Translations under genes and position numbers: made by a program
The notes under the pieces: generated by a model
Seen by the model: the letters and a program-made list of their open reading frames with translations, nothing else
Database searches by the model: none
Told to the model about the DNA's origin: nothing
Shown here: piece by piece, positions 39,722 to 49,269 of the stretch
Layout of the letters: the number at the start of each line of letters is the position of its first letter
Position numbering within the stretch: position 1 is the stretch's first letter
From: Oligoflexales bacterium
GTDB taxonomy: Bacteria > Bdellovibrionota_B > Oligoflexia > Oligoflexales > JAPPIL01
Direction: 5' to 3'
DNA length: 64,000 nucleotides
Assembly (NCBI GenBank): GCA_965226195.1
Contig: OZ245333.1
Span: forward strand, 1,313,759-1,377,758

Positions 39722-40960
39722 ATGAGCGAGCGTTTTGGTTTACATTGGGAAGGTCAAGAGCGCAGTCAGCGAGAACTACATTGCCCGCCACAGAGCAAGT
39801 TGCAAGCGTGTCGCGAGCAGTCGGTCAATTGGGATAGCAGCAGCAACATCTTTATTGAGGGTGAAAATCTCGAAGCTCTGAAACTGCTGCAAGCGACGCA
39901 CGCAGCCCAGATAAAGATGATCTACATCGATCCACCTTACAACACAGGGCGGGAGTTTACTTTCTGTGACAACTACCGCACACGACGCAAAGCGCAACAA
40001 GACGATGGCGGACAGCGGCATGCACGTTGGTTGAGTATGATGTATCCACGCCTCTGTCTTGCTCGTGAGCTGTTGCGTGCCGACGGGGTAATTTTTATCA
40101 GCATCGACGATAACGAGCAGGCGACCTTGAAGCTGTTGTGTGAGCAAATTTTTGGCAGTAAAAACTTCATCACCCAGATCATTTGGAAAAAGCGCAACTC
40201 GCCCCCCAACGATCGTGTCATCGGTACACAGCACGAATATGTGCTCGTCTTCGCCAAAGACCACACACAGGTAGAGCTGAACCGTAAGGCGCGCAGTAGC
40301 GCACAGCTGGCACGCTACAAGAACCATGACAACCACCCGAAAGGACGGTGGGCGGCGGACAACTTGATGGCTAACATCAAGGGCGGCAGATATGTGCCGA
40401 CACTGCACTATGCCATCGAGAATCCCACCACGGGTGAGCAGCACTACCCTTCGGGGCAAGGCAACTGGCGTTTCAATAAAGAGAAAATGCAGCGGCTGCT
40501 AGTTGCCGATGAAATTTATTTCGGCAAAGATAAGCGCGGACGACCACAGTTGAAGCGTTTCCTGTGCGACCTCAAGCATGGGGTAAGTTGGTCGTCGTTG
40601 TGGAACACCGCCCCGCTGAACAGTCAGGGGTCGCGGGAGATGCAAACGCTGTTCGGTGACCTTGCGGTCTTTGAGAATCCAAAACCGAGTGGCTTGATCA
40701 AGTTGTTGATCGAACTTGGCTCGGATGAGGGCGACACGGTACTCGATTTTTTTGCTGGTGCAGCCTCGACTGCCGCGGCTGTATTGCAGAGTGGCCGGCA
40801 TTTCTTGCTGGTGCAGTTGCCTGTCGCAGTGCCGCCTAACAGTGCCGCTGCTCGTGCTGGCTATCACGATATCGCGGCTCTGGCACTGGCACGCATTCGG
40901 CTGGAGCTGGAGCGGCATGGTGGTGATGCAGGAGTGAGGGTGCTGCGTCTTGTGCTCTGA
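39722..40960 (+). CDS. site-specific DNA methyltransferase (N6-adenine/N4-cytosine, type III Mod-like), orphan
   Basis: IFIEGENLEALKLLQATHAAQIKMIYIDPPYNTG (DPPY motif IV). C-terminal motif I region VLDFFAGAASTAAAV. No nuclease or helicase gene is adjacent. Confidence 0.85.
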   Translation: MSERFGLHWEGQERSQRELHCPPQSKLQACREQSVNWDSSSNIFIEGENLEALKLLQATHAAQIKMIYIDPPYNTGREFTFCDNYRTRRKAQQDDGGQRHARWLSMMYPRLCLARELLRADGVIFISIDDNEQATLKLLCEQIFGSKNFITQIIWKKRNSPPNDRVIGTQHEYVLVFAKDHTQVELNRKARSSAQLARYKNHDNHPKGRWAADNLMANIKGGRYVPTLHYAIENPTTGEQHYPSGQGNWRFNKEKMQRLLVADEIYFGKDKRGRPQLKRFLCDLKHGVSWSSLWNTAPLNSQGSREMQTLFGDLAVFENPKPSGLIKLLIELGSDEGDTVLDFFAGAASTAAAVLQSGRHFLLVQLPVAVPPNSAAARAGYHDIAALALARIRLELERHGGDAGVRVLRLVL

Positions 40961-41083
40961 CATATCCAAAATTTTTTAATCTAGCTTCCACCCTCACAGA
41001 GATACCAAGAACCAAAACCAAACCCCAAGAGGCGTGCCAGAAGGCACGCTTCAAAGCTCTCAGCGTTAGAAGATGAATAAAGG

Positions 41084-41740
41084 TGATGGCATAGTGTCTG
41101 CTAATACCTATATCCATCTTTGCGGGCGAGGGTTGTTGCGACTTTGTTGCATAACTCAGGGCAGGCATGTTTATATCCTATAACCCTTTAGCAGTAAGAA
41201 TTTTATAGGTGTTGCAAAGGTAATGCTTGCACTACGCACAAGCCCATAGTGTCCACAGAAGTTGACAATGGTCAGGTGCAAGCAGACCTGCAAACCATTT
41301 CACGCCAATGCTTCAGCTGGAGCTAGGAAGCGACAAAGAGCATGCACACATGTGTGCATGCTGCAGCAGGATGATTGCACCTGACCCAAACGAGAAGTCT
41401 GCGAACACGCAGGGGTGTGGAGCTAGGCGTGCCTTCGGGCACGCCTTTGGCAAAGAGCCGCGCAAAGCGGGGAGGGGAACGCCAAACGGAGCGAGACAAC
41501 ATGCAAGCGTAGCTTGTGATGTTGCGAGCGGAGTGCAGGGGTCAGCGAAGCTAACGCTCCCCGCATAAAAATGCTATGATAACAGCATGTTATAATCAAC
41601 GGAACTTATGCAACAAAGCCGGTTGTTGCGACCTCGGTAGGCTCCTGCCAAGAGGCGCAAGCAAGCCTCGCCCGCATGGGAAAAATGCATAAGTACCATG
41701 CATTATCTGGCAAATACAGCAGACACTATGCCATCACCTT
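41084..41740. mobile_element. outer inverted-repeat-bounded element carrying a nested MITE
   Basis: AAGGTGATGGCATAGTGTCTGCT (about 41087-41109) is the reverse complement of AGCAGACACTATGCCATCACCTT (about 41717-41739). An inner pair GCGGGCGAGG/CCTCGCCCGC is also present. Confidence 0.55.
41140..41620. mobile_element. MITE copy 1 (481 bp) with terminal inverted repeats
   Basis: Left end (G)ACTTTGTTGCATAACT and right end ACTTATGCAACAAAGCC. It is flanked by the direct repeat GGTTGTTGCGA (41131-41141 and 41621-31). It has no ORF and is near-identical to 57653-58058 apart from an extra segment of about 75 bp. Confidence 0.85.
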
Positions 41741-41834
41741 CATTCAGCACAATAAAAAGCAAAGGGCATGCCCCGTCAGGAGCGAGAAAGCGGCAAAGAG
41801 CCTTGCGCTAGCGAGCAGATGAGAAATAACACAC

Positions 41835-42002
41835 CTACTTCGTGAGTTTGGCTTGCCTGAAATCGACGTGTTTGCGAATTTTAGGGTCGTATTTTTTGAT
41901 CAGCAGTTTTTCGTTTTCTTTTTTTACTTTTGTCGTGTAATAATAGCCCGTTCCAGCGGTAGAAACGAGTTTGACGACCTCTCGGCGGGTTGATTTTGCC
42001 AT
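41835..42002 (-). CDS. rpmG: 50S ribosomal protein L33
   Basis: Translated by hand: [55 protein letters not shown], with an AAGGAG RBS. It is absent from the ORF track, whose shortest listed ORF is 60 aa. Confidence 0.9.
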   Translation of the reverse strand: MAKSTRREVVKLVSTAGTGYYYTTKVKKENEKLLIKKYDPKIRKHVDFRQAKLTK

Positions 42003-42101
42003 GTTCAGATCTCCTTTGTGTCAACGCACAGCTATTCTTTGTAGCAGGAGTGCATGTATGATGCAAGCAGGAAATTACAGTGTGCTTGTGCGGAGCGAGC
42101 G

Positions 42102-43625
42102 ATGAGCAAGTGGTTTTGTGCCGCGGAGACGCTGGTAGTTTTCGTACTGGCATGGCTGCTCTTCTACTACTTGCAGTTTACTACCCCATGGATAAGCGGT
42201 TACGACGGCTACTATCACATCAAATATGCTTGGCTGCTACGTGAGCAGGGCATTTTTCAGGAATTCCCGTGGGCGCAATTTAGCTTGTGGAGTGATCATT
42301 TTTCTGACAAGGAGTTCCTCTTTCATGTCTTGTTGATTCCCTTTACCTTCTTTGCTGATTTGGCGACGGGGGTTAAGCATGCCGCGGTGGTGTTTGCTGC
42401 GTTCTTCATCGCTAATTTCAATCTCGTGCTGCGTCTGCATCGCGTGCCGCTACGCTACCTGTGGATAATATTGCTGCTGGTGGCTGGTGATGTGCTACTG
42501 TATCGCTTATGTCTGCCGCGTCCGCATCTGTTGTCGATGAGCTTTATGCTATGGCTGGTGCATGCTACAGTGCGGCAACGCTATTGGCTGTTGGCAGTGT
42601 TGAGTTTTTTCTATGCGCAGTCCTACACAGCTATCCACATGCCTCTGGTGCTGGGGATTATTTTCTGTGCAGGGCAGTTGCTGATGCGAGAGAAACTCAG
42701 CTGGCGATCGTTATCCGTGCCGACAGTGGCAGTACTTGTTTCGTTGCTGGTCTCGCCGTTTTTTCCCCACAATCTGGTGGTGTTCTACGTGCAGAACCTT
42801 GAGCTGGCATGGCAGCAGTTGTTCTGGAACATCAACCTCTATCAAGGCACAGAACTCAAACCGATGTCAACGCGCTACTTTTTTACCTACAATCTGCCAC
42901 TGCTCATGCCATTCGGAGGTGCACTGTATCTGGCGGTGTTGCATCCCAGTAAAGTTAGTCGTGAGAGCAAGCATCTGCTGGCGATGGCGGCGGCCTTTAT
43001 CGTCATGACGATGATTTCAAAACGTTTCGTCGAGTATTCCTACCCCATCGGGCTGCTCTTCTGTGCCTGCTATTGCCGTGATCGTTGGGGTAAGGTCGAT
43101 TTGCGGACACTGTGGTCACAATCCAAGCTAAAGATGGCTGTGAGCGTGCTGCTCATCACAGCCATAGCTGGTGCAAGTGGTGCAGCATCCTATCGCAATC
43201 TGCACCGCGACCTTATCAGTGTAAAACCCTCACGCTACGAACAGGCGGCTAAATTTTTGCAACAGCACACACTTCCCGATACGACAGTTTTCACCTGCGA
43301 TTGGGATGATGCGCCCGAACTGTTTTACTTCAATCACCACAACCGTTACATGATTTTCATGGATCCGCTTTTCATGTATAGCTGGTCGCCGCAAGTCTGG
43401 CATATCTGGATGAAAATTGCTAGCGGGACGGCGGCTGAACGCACGGCAAAAATTCTTTTTAATGATTTAAAAATTCAGTATGGCCTTTGCACGGGTAATT
43501 ACTACAATTTGCGTAAAATTATCGAAAACGATCCACATCTGCATATCGTCTACGAAGACAAAGAGGTCTATGTCTTCAAGGTAACGGCCCCGCCTGTTGA
43601 AGATGCAGCCGAAGAGAGCGACTGA
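42102..43625 (+). CDS. large polytopic membrane protein, possibly a GT-C-type glycosyltransferase
   Basis: More than 10 hydrophobic segments, an early-loop YDGYYH motif and a soluble C-terminal domain. The family assignment is only a guess. Confidence 0.4.
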   Translation: MSKWFCAAETLVVFVLAWLLFYYLQFTTPWISGYDGYYHIKYAWLLREQGIFQEFPWAQFSLWSDHFSDKEFLFHVLLIPFTFFADLATGVKHAAVVFAAFFIANFNLVLRLHRVPLRYLWIILLLVAGDVLLYRLCLPRPHLLSMSFMLWLVHATVRQRYWLLAVLSFFYAQSYTAIHMPLVLGIIFCAGQLLMREKLSWRSLSVPTVAVLVSLLVSPFFPHNLVVFYVQNLELAWQQLFWNINLYQGTELKPMSTRYFFTYNLPLLMPFGGALYLAVLHPSKVSRESKHLLAMAAAFIVMTMISKRFVEYSYPIGLLFCACYCRDRWGKVDLRTLWSQSKLKMAVSVLLITAIAGASGAASYRNLHRDLISVKPSRYEQAAKFLQQHTLPDTTVFTCDWDDAPELFYFNHHNRYMIFMDPLFMYSWSPQVWHIWMKIASGTAAERTAKILFNDLKIQYGLCTGNYYNLRKIIENDPHLHIVYEDKEVYVFKVTAPPVEDAAEESD

Positions 43626-43630
43626 AGTGT

Positions 43631-43918
43631 TTAGTCAGCAAAGAAGACGATATTTTCGCCGTGTTCGGTCAGGTGATAGCGATCGCGCAGCACTTTACGG
43701 GCGTAGCTGCGGGAGTTTTTTATTTTGCTGATTTCGTTGGCAAGGGTGTGGTTCTCGGCTTCGAGTTGGGCAAGTTGTTGTCGCAATACTGTGGCACTGC
43801 GTTCAAGGCGGTACTTGTGGGTCAGCGAACTGCTCCCACGCACGATACCCACGCCGAGTACGATGATGCCGAAAACAAGCAGTAAACGCAAGACATTGCC
43901 CATGCTGCTATTATACAC
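43631..43918 (-). CDS. ftsB: septum formation initiator (FtsB/DivIC family)
   Basis: Single N-terminal TM followed by a coiled coil (LRQQLAQLEAENHTLANEISKIKNS..YARKVLRDRYHL). Confidence 0.7.
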   Translation of the reverse strand: MYNSSMGNVLRLLLVFGIIVLGVGIVRGSSSLTHKYRLERSATVLRQQLAQLEAENHTLANEISKIKNSRSYARKVLRDRYHLTEHGENIVFFAD

Positions 43919-44276
43919 GACACCGCATGCGCATGCCGAGATACTCCTATAAAGTTGTGGATTGCCCTAGAGTAGCGGGGTCTGTTTTACCGCGAGGAAA
44001 GCTCACTCCAGATGATTAGCAGGCGATAGAGGTCTGCAGAGTCATACTATGAGCTAGATGGGTGACGACGACACCACCTAACAGCATTGTAACAGACTAA
44101 TACTACAAGAAAAGCACGTAATTTTTTCCTAAAGTCGGGAGAATACCCAAAAAGTTGGGTGGTACTGTCTCAAGGCTATGTTTGGCGACGAACGGCAACT
44201 TGCAGTAACTTATTGTTGCGCATTCAGTTTCCACCCATGAGGTATAGTCTGGTGCTCACCTAGAAGTCTTGAGCCC

Positions 44277-44293
44277 AGCTTTGTTGCATAACT
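44277..44293. repeat. solo copy of the MITE terminal repeat
   Basis: AGCTTTGTTGCATAACT vs GGCTTTGTTGCATAACT (16 of 17 positions). No element body is adjacent. Confidence 0.6.
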
Positions 44294-44388
44294 GCTCTTG
44301 CTGCTGACTCTATTTTACTATGCCCGCAGCCGCCCACCCAGTTAGTTGTTGACAGATTCTTAGTTTATTGCTACACACCTTTAATGTT

Positions 44389-45372
44389 ATGAGAAAGTTA
44401 TTGCTGCTAACATCTATCACACTGGGAGTAGTTGCCCTTGTTCTGGTGGGGCGCTGGGTAGCTACGTCTTCTGATACCTCCGTGTCAACACCAGTGGTGA
44501 TAGCAGTACCTAACTGGCCTTCAGCACGCGCTAAGGCGCATGTGTTCAAACTAATTATTGAGGATAACTTTGGTATTGAAGTTCAGCTTCGGAACAGCAC
44601 CAACACGGTTATTTTTGAGGGCATGAATAATGGTTCAATGCACGTGCATCCAGAAGTTTGGCTTCCTAATGTGGATAATCTGCGACGAGAGTTTGTGGAG
44701 AAGCGAAAGACTGTACGGCAAAGTCCAAAATCAACTCCAGCCGATCAGAGAATCTGTGTAACTAAAGGGACTGTCCAGCGAACGGGGATTGTTAACTTGC
44801 GCGACCTTTCCGATCCGCGGATGGCGAAGAATTTTGATCGTGATGGTGATGGTCGTGGTGAAATGTGGATCGGTGCTTCGGGATGGTCTTCAACAAATAT
44901 TGAAAAGATTCGTGCTAAATCCTACGGCTATGCTGCTACTATGCAGCTCAGAGAAATGGACGAAGTATTGGCATTAGCACAGCTTGACGCAGCAGTAACA
45001 AAAAAAGATAACATAGTTTTTTACTGTGACTCGCCACACTACACCTTCGTACTTTACGAACTTGTAATTCTTAAAGAAGAGCCACACGATCCTAACCAGT
45101 GGAACATAGTGCAGCCTACGGAAGACCCAGATTGGCTAGAGAGATCGCATGCTCTTACCGCATGGAAGAAAGCTTCTCTCCATGTTTTCTACGCGGCGGC
45201 ACTGGAGCAGTCACATCCTGTGATCGCCAAGATGCTGTCACAGGTGGAATTTGACGGGAAAATGGTTGCAGCCATGAACTACGCTCTCGCGGTAGAAAAA
45301 ACGTCTTCAACAGAATTTGCCCGGAAGTGGGTAACTGAAAATGCTGCTCTTGTAGATAATTGGCTGTTCTGA
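44389..45372 (+). CDS. glycine betaine/osmoprotectant ABC substrate-binding protein (OpuAC-like), orphan
   Basis: Signal/TM MRKLLLLTSITLGVVALVLVG. The pattern AVPNWPSARAKAHVFKLIIEDNFGIEVQL...HVHPEVWLPN is typical of the OpuAC family. No permease or ATPase is nearby. Confidence 0.72.
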   Translation: MRKLLLLTSITLGVVALVLVGRWVATSSDTSVSTPVVIAVPNWPSARAKAHVFKLIIEDNFGIEVQLRNSTNTVIFEGMNNGSMHVHPEVWLPNVDNLRREFVEKRKTVRQSPKSTPADQRICVTKGTVQRTGIVNLRDLSDPRMAKNFDRDGDGRGEMWIGASGWSSTNIEKIRAKSYGYAATMQLREMDEVLALAQLDAAVTKKDNIVFYCDSPHYTFVLYELVILKEEPHDPNQWNIVQPTEDPDWLERSHALTAWKKASLHVFYAAALEQSHPVIAKMLSQVEFDGKMVAAMNYALAVEKTSSTEFARKWVTENAALVDNWLF

Positions 45373-45476
45373 TCAACGTATATATAAGCGTGTGCCTATA
45401 CTAAAACATGGCTGGTATTAGCGCCTTATTTTGCTATAGAGCAGGAAAGTTTTTCGTAATTTGTGGGAGGTTCGTG

Positions 45477-45827
45477 ATGAGGAAAGTGTTGTTGGCTGTG
45501 CTGTTGTGGTAGTCGTGGTGTGGCGTAGTGCAGGCAAATATTGCCAGAGGGATTACACAGGTGTTGTTTCCCGCCTAGCTGAGTTTATTGGAAGCTGCGT
45601 ATGCGGGCTCTGTCAGAGGTGTGCGGATGGCGTTGTGGCAAGGTGCTAGACATTCATGTCCAAGCTTCCTACGGGTATTTGCGTGAGACGCATTACCGCG
45701 ACAATCTGTGCATGCATCGGGTAAGCGCAATGAGTAGAATCTTTGGGCTAGACATGTCGAGATGGTGCGTCTTTTGGTCGATAGTGGTGCTGATTCTAAC
45801 TTGGGCGGCAAAGCACTAGGTGTATAG
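45477..45827 (+). pseudogene. decayed secreted ankyrin-repeat gene (4 in-frame stops)
   Basis: GGGAGG RBS plus ATG. A single frame reads MRKVLLAVLLW*SWCGVVQA...LLEAAYAGSVRGVRMALWQGA...*DALPRQSVHASGKRNE*NLWARHVEMVRLLVDSGADSNLGGKAL. Confidence 0.7.
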
Positions 45828-45908
45828 GTTTTGCATAATTGCAGTTGCTGGGTAAAATGTAAGTGATGCTGTGTGTTTTTGCCGAGAGCTACCGACGTGA
45901 CAACTGCA

Positions 45909-47882
45909 ATGCACACCTTTGACGAAGGCGAAATAGTTTGGCAAGCTGATCCTGAACGCCAGCAGAACAGCAGCATGCATCGTTTTGCCATGTGGCTCAA
46001 CCAGCGCTTTGCTGATAAAGGCTATGATTTTCACAACTACGATGACCTGCACCGCTTCTCGCTCACTGAAGCTGACTTGTTCTGGCGTGCCTGTGCGGAT
46101 TTTTGTGGTTTTATCTGGCAACGCGAGCCAAGCTTGACCTATCGTGACAATGCTGAGGGAATGCGTGGGCGATGCTGGTTTCCCGACGCACGCTTCAACT
46201 ACTGCCAAAACCTGCTGCACCGTGGGGAGGATGATGACATTGCCCTCTACAGCTATGTTGAGGGAGCGGCTAAAATCACCACCATAACGCGTCGCCAGCT
46301 GCGTGATAATGTTGCCCGCTGTGCTGCGGTATTAGGCACGCTGGGAGTACACAAGGGCGATATTGTTTGTGGAGTGCTGTCAAACGTGCCTGCCGCAGTG
46401 GTTGCCGCACTTGCAACTGCCGCGCTTGGTGCGGTGTGGTCGTCCTGCTCGCCCGATTTTGGCGCACAAGGTATCAGCGATCGTCTGGAGCAGATTGCAC
46501 CCAAAGTTATCTTTTTCACCACCGCCTATGTCTATGGACAGAAACGGCACGATCGCCGTGCCGAAATGCAAAAAGTGCTGCGCAAATTTCCCCATAGCCA
46601 TGCCATTGCTGTTTCGCACCTCGACGACGCTGAGGGCACAAGTGATGCCTTGAACTTTGCCGATCTGCTTGCCAATGCTGCCAGCCACGCACTGACGTAT
46701 GCGGAGATGTCCTTCGCCGATCCGCTGTGTATTTTATTTTCCTCTGGCACGACAGGAGTGCCTAAATGCATCGTGCAGAGCGGTGGTGGCACGCTGCTCC
46801 AACACCTAAAGGAACACGTGTTGCATGGTGATCTTGGCCGCGATGATAGACTAATGTTCTACACCACCTGCGGCTGGATGATGTGGAATTGGCAACTTTC
46901 TGCCCTTGCCGCGGGCTGTGCGGTCGGTCTTTATGAAGGCGCACCGCATCACCCCCGCATCACTACACTGTGGGATGTCGTTGACCGCACTGCCAGCACC
47001 GCTGTCGGCATTAGTCCGCGCTACCTCGATCTCTGTGCACAGAAAAAATCCAACTCTATCCCTGCTTTGCCTGCACTGCGCACAATTTTTTCGACAGGTG
47101 CGCCGCTAGGCAGCAATCACTACCGCTATATTTATACTTGTGTCAAAGCTGACGTGCATCTCGTCTCAATTTCTGGCGGCACGGATATTATTTCTTGCTT
47201 CATGCTTGGCAACGTGTTGCTGCCGGTCAGAGCAGGCGAAATTCAAGTCAAAGGTCTTGGCATGGCAGTTGCAGCATGGGATAGCGAGGGTGTTAGCCTA
47301 GTTGATACACAGGGAGAACTGGTGTGCACCGCACCCTTTGTCTCAATGCCGTGTGGTTTTTTGCACGACCCTGACGGCAGCCGTTTTCAGCAGGCGTATT
47401 TTAATTTTTTCCCCGATCGTGATGTCTGGCGACACGGAGATTTTATCACCATCACCGCACATGGTGGGATTCGCATGCACGGCCGTTCCGATGCGGTGCT
47501 CAACCCGCACGGCATCCGCATTGGCACCGCGGAAATCTACCGCCAACTTGAGCAGCTTGACGAAGTTGCCGACGCAGTGGTCATCGATCACCAGCAGGGA
47601 ACAGACAGTAGTATGATCCTGTTCGTCGTGCTCACCAACGCACAACAGCTGGATACAGCGTTACAACAAAAAATCAAGCATACCATCGCCGCTGGTCTCA
47701 CCCCCCGTCACGTGCCGCGCAGCATCGTGCAAGTGCCTGATATACCCTACACCGTCAACGGCAAGAAGATGGAGCTGGCAGTAAAGTGTGTGTTGGCGGG
47801 CGAGCATGTCCACAATCGTGCGGCAATGGCTAATCCACAGGCAATCGATTATTTCACTAAGATCAGCAAAGATTTTGCCTAA
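45909..47882 (+). CDS. acetoacetyl-CoA synthetase
   Basis: AMP-binding family (SSGTTGVPKCIV) with the AACS-type N-terminus (IVWQADPERQQNSSMHRFAMWL...YDDLHRFSL..DLFW). Confidence 0.9.
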   Translation: MHTFDEGEIVWQADPERQQNSSMHRFAMWLNQRFADKGYDFHNYDDLHRFSLTEADLFWRACADFCGFIWQREPSLTYRDNAEGMRGRCWFPDARFNYCQNLLHRGEDDDIALYSYVEGAAKITTITRRQLRDNVARCAAVLGTLGVHKGDIVCGVLSNVPAAVVAALATAALGAVWSSCSPDFGAQGISDRLEQIAPKVIFFTTAYVYGQKRHDRRAEMQKVLRKFPHSHAIAVSHLDDAEGTSDALNFADLLANAASHALTYAEMSFADPLCILFSSGTTGVPKCIVQSGGGTLLQHLKEHVLHGDLGRDDRLMFYTTCGWMMWNWQLSALAAGCAVGLYEGAPHHPRITTLWDVVDRTASTAVGISPRYLDLCAQKKSNSIPALPALRTIFSTGAPLGSNHYRYIYTCVKADVHLVSISGGTDIISCFMLGNVLLPVRAGEIQVKGLGMAVAAWDSEGVSLVDTQGELVCTAPFVSMPCGFLHDPDGSRFQQAYFNFFPDRDVWRHGDFITITAHGGIRMHGRSDAVLNPHGIRIGTAEIYRQLEQLDEVADAVVIDHQQGTDSSMILFVVLTNAQQLDTALQQKIKHTIAAGLTPRHVPRSIVQVPDIPYTVNGKKMELAVKCVLAGEHVHNRAAMANPQAIDYFTKISKDFA

Positions 47883-47958
47883 ACATGTGATCTAACTGTC
47901 ACGTCGAAGCATTTTCTACTCATGCAGTCTACGTTGGCAAAAACTTCACCCTTTATTT

Positions 47959-48612
47959 TTATTTTATTTTTACTTTACCTCTCTCAACCACGTAAATTCT
48001 GGCGGGTGAAAGTTCCCAGTGCTGGTTTTCTTCGGCATTTATGGCAACGGAAACTCGGATGGCAAGCCGTCCGTCGCTGAAAACGCCAGCAACCTCGCCA
48101 TAGAGACGCGCGTCAGCAGACACATCCTGTGCTTCTTCGGCATGTATCAGCTGAGCATCTGCCTTGCGGCCGATGACTGCACTCTTGCCATAGTCACGGT
48201 GATTCCAGACCAGCACCGCCTCGATCTGCTCGACATCGGTAAGCCAGCTATCGATTAGCACCTTATCTGTTACCAGTTCGTCAATACGATAGGCAATGCC
48301 AGCTCGCACACCTTCCAAGCCTTTACGCTGGTAGAGAACAAGTAAATCTTCGTAGTAGTTGATGTCATAGGTGTCTTTGTTGTTCTGATAATCATCTAGC
48401 TCGGAGGAGTAGATGCCATCCCTGATGTCGGTCACAAACAGCAGCAGGTTGTGTTTGAGTAGAAAGTCATTGATGCGGGACAACATCGAAAAACCCACTT
48501 GGCGTTTTAGTGGCATTTGAGTGCTGAGCAGACTGCCGTAAACCATGTAGTTGGCAAAGGCAGGCAACGACAGCAACAACATGATAAAGGCGGCCAGCAA
48601 AAAACGACGCAT
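47959..48612 (-). CDS. hypothetical secreted protein
   Basis: Signal peptide MRRFLLAAFIMLLLSLPAFA. No recognisable domain. It lies inside the segment bracketed by the duplicated synthetase 3' ends. Confidence 0.5.
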   Translation of the reverse strand: MRRFLLAAFIMLLLSLPAFANYMVYGSLLSTQMPLKRQVGFSMLSRINDFLLKHNLLLFVTDIRDGIYSSELDDYQNNKDTYDINYYEDLLVLYQRKGLEGVRAGIAYRIDELVTDKVLIDSWLTDVEQIEAVLVWNHRDYGKSAVIGRKADAQLIHAEEAQDVSADARLYGEVAGVFSDGRLAIRVSVAINAEENQHWELSPARIYVVERGKVKIK

Positions 48613-48665
48613 CTCAACCTCAAAACAATTAGCTATACCCCCCTCCTACAGCACAGTGAAGTAAC

Positions 48666-49269
48666 TTGCAAACAAAAAACAGACTGCTAGACCCTCGGTT
48701 CAAGACTGGCGGTCATTCATATGAGTTGTGGATGGGACTATATCCCCTGCAAGGCGGTGGCCTGTTCAGGGCGATGCAGCGACGGGATGTTGGGGCGGTT
48801 AAATTTTTGCTTAAACATCTTCGTGGTGCGGAGCTTAACACCGTCGTCTGCCGCCGATGTGGGTGACTTTACTCCGTTGCAGTGGGTGGTGCATCGCTTT
48901 CTTTATGGGGTGGCTGATGGCATGTATGAAAACGTAAAACCAGCCAATGAGGAGGACAGGAAAAAATCTTTCAACATTGTCGCTCTGCTACTTGCCAATG
49001 GTGTAAATGTCAATGCCCACGATCGCCATGGCGATGCACCGCTCCACCATGCCGTGCATTTTTTGCACAAGCCTCGCACCGAACTGTTGTTACAGCACAA
49101 CGCCTATGTCAACACTCGCAACAGTGTGGGGGAAACGGTGCTGCATGTTATTGCTCGCGTTGCGAGAGGCTATCGTGGCCGTGCCGAACTTACGGAGTTT
49201 TTGCTCAACGAAGGCGCAAGCTATAGCATCAAAAACAAAACTGCATTTAACATCGCCATCGCCTGCTGA
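48666..49269 (+). pseudogene. ankyrin-repeat gene, probably frameshifted near 48830-48855
   Basis: ANK-like sequence continues across two frames. The first ends ...LFRAMQRRDVGAVKFLLKHLRGAELNTVV, and the second reads AADVGDFTPLQWVV...HGDAPLHHAVHF...VGETVLHVIA. This could instead be an intact shorter gene starting at 48721. Confidence 0.45.

Noticed and set aside
39776-40459. 227-aa minus-strand ORF inside the methyltransferase gene
   Set aside because: It is antisense to a gene with clear DPPY and motif I signatures, and it has no motifs of its own.
39529-41834. Possible restriction-modification or other defence locus around the methyltransferase
   Set aside because: There is no nuclease, helicase, specificity subunit or ATPase ORF on either side. 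The flanks are purL and non-coding repeats.
41881-42153. 90-aa minus-strand ORF from the track
   Set aside because: It overlaps the clearly recognisable rpmG (41835-42002) in another frame as well as the start of the 42102 gene. Its composition is basic and low-complexity.
43960-44110. GAGGAAAGC and CTAGATGGGTGAC strings reminiscent of RNase P RNA, and a GTCTGTTTTACC string reminiscent of SRP RNA
   Set aside because: The region is far too short for RNase P RNA. It lacks the GGAAGCAGCC-type SRP domain IV motif, and the similarities are isolated short words.
45477-45827. Multiple in-frame TAG/TGA codons as evidence for stop-codon reassignment
   Set aside because: TAG and TGA terminate well-conserved genes in this window at the expected positions (for example infB, purL, trxA and rbfA). 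Pseudogenisation is the simpler explanation.
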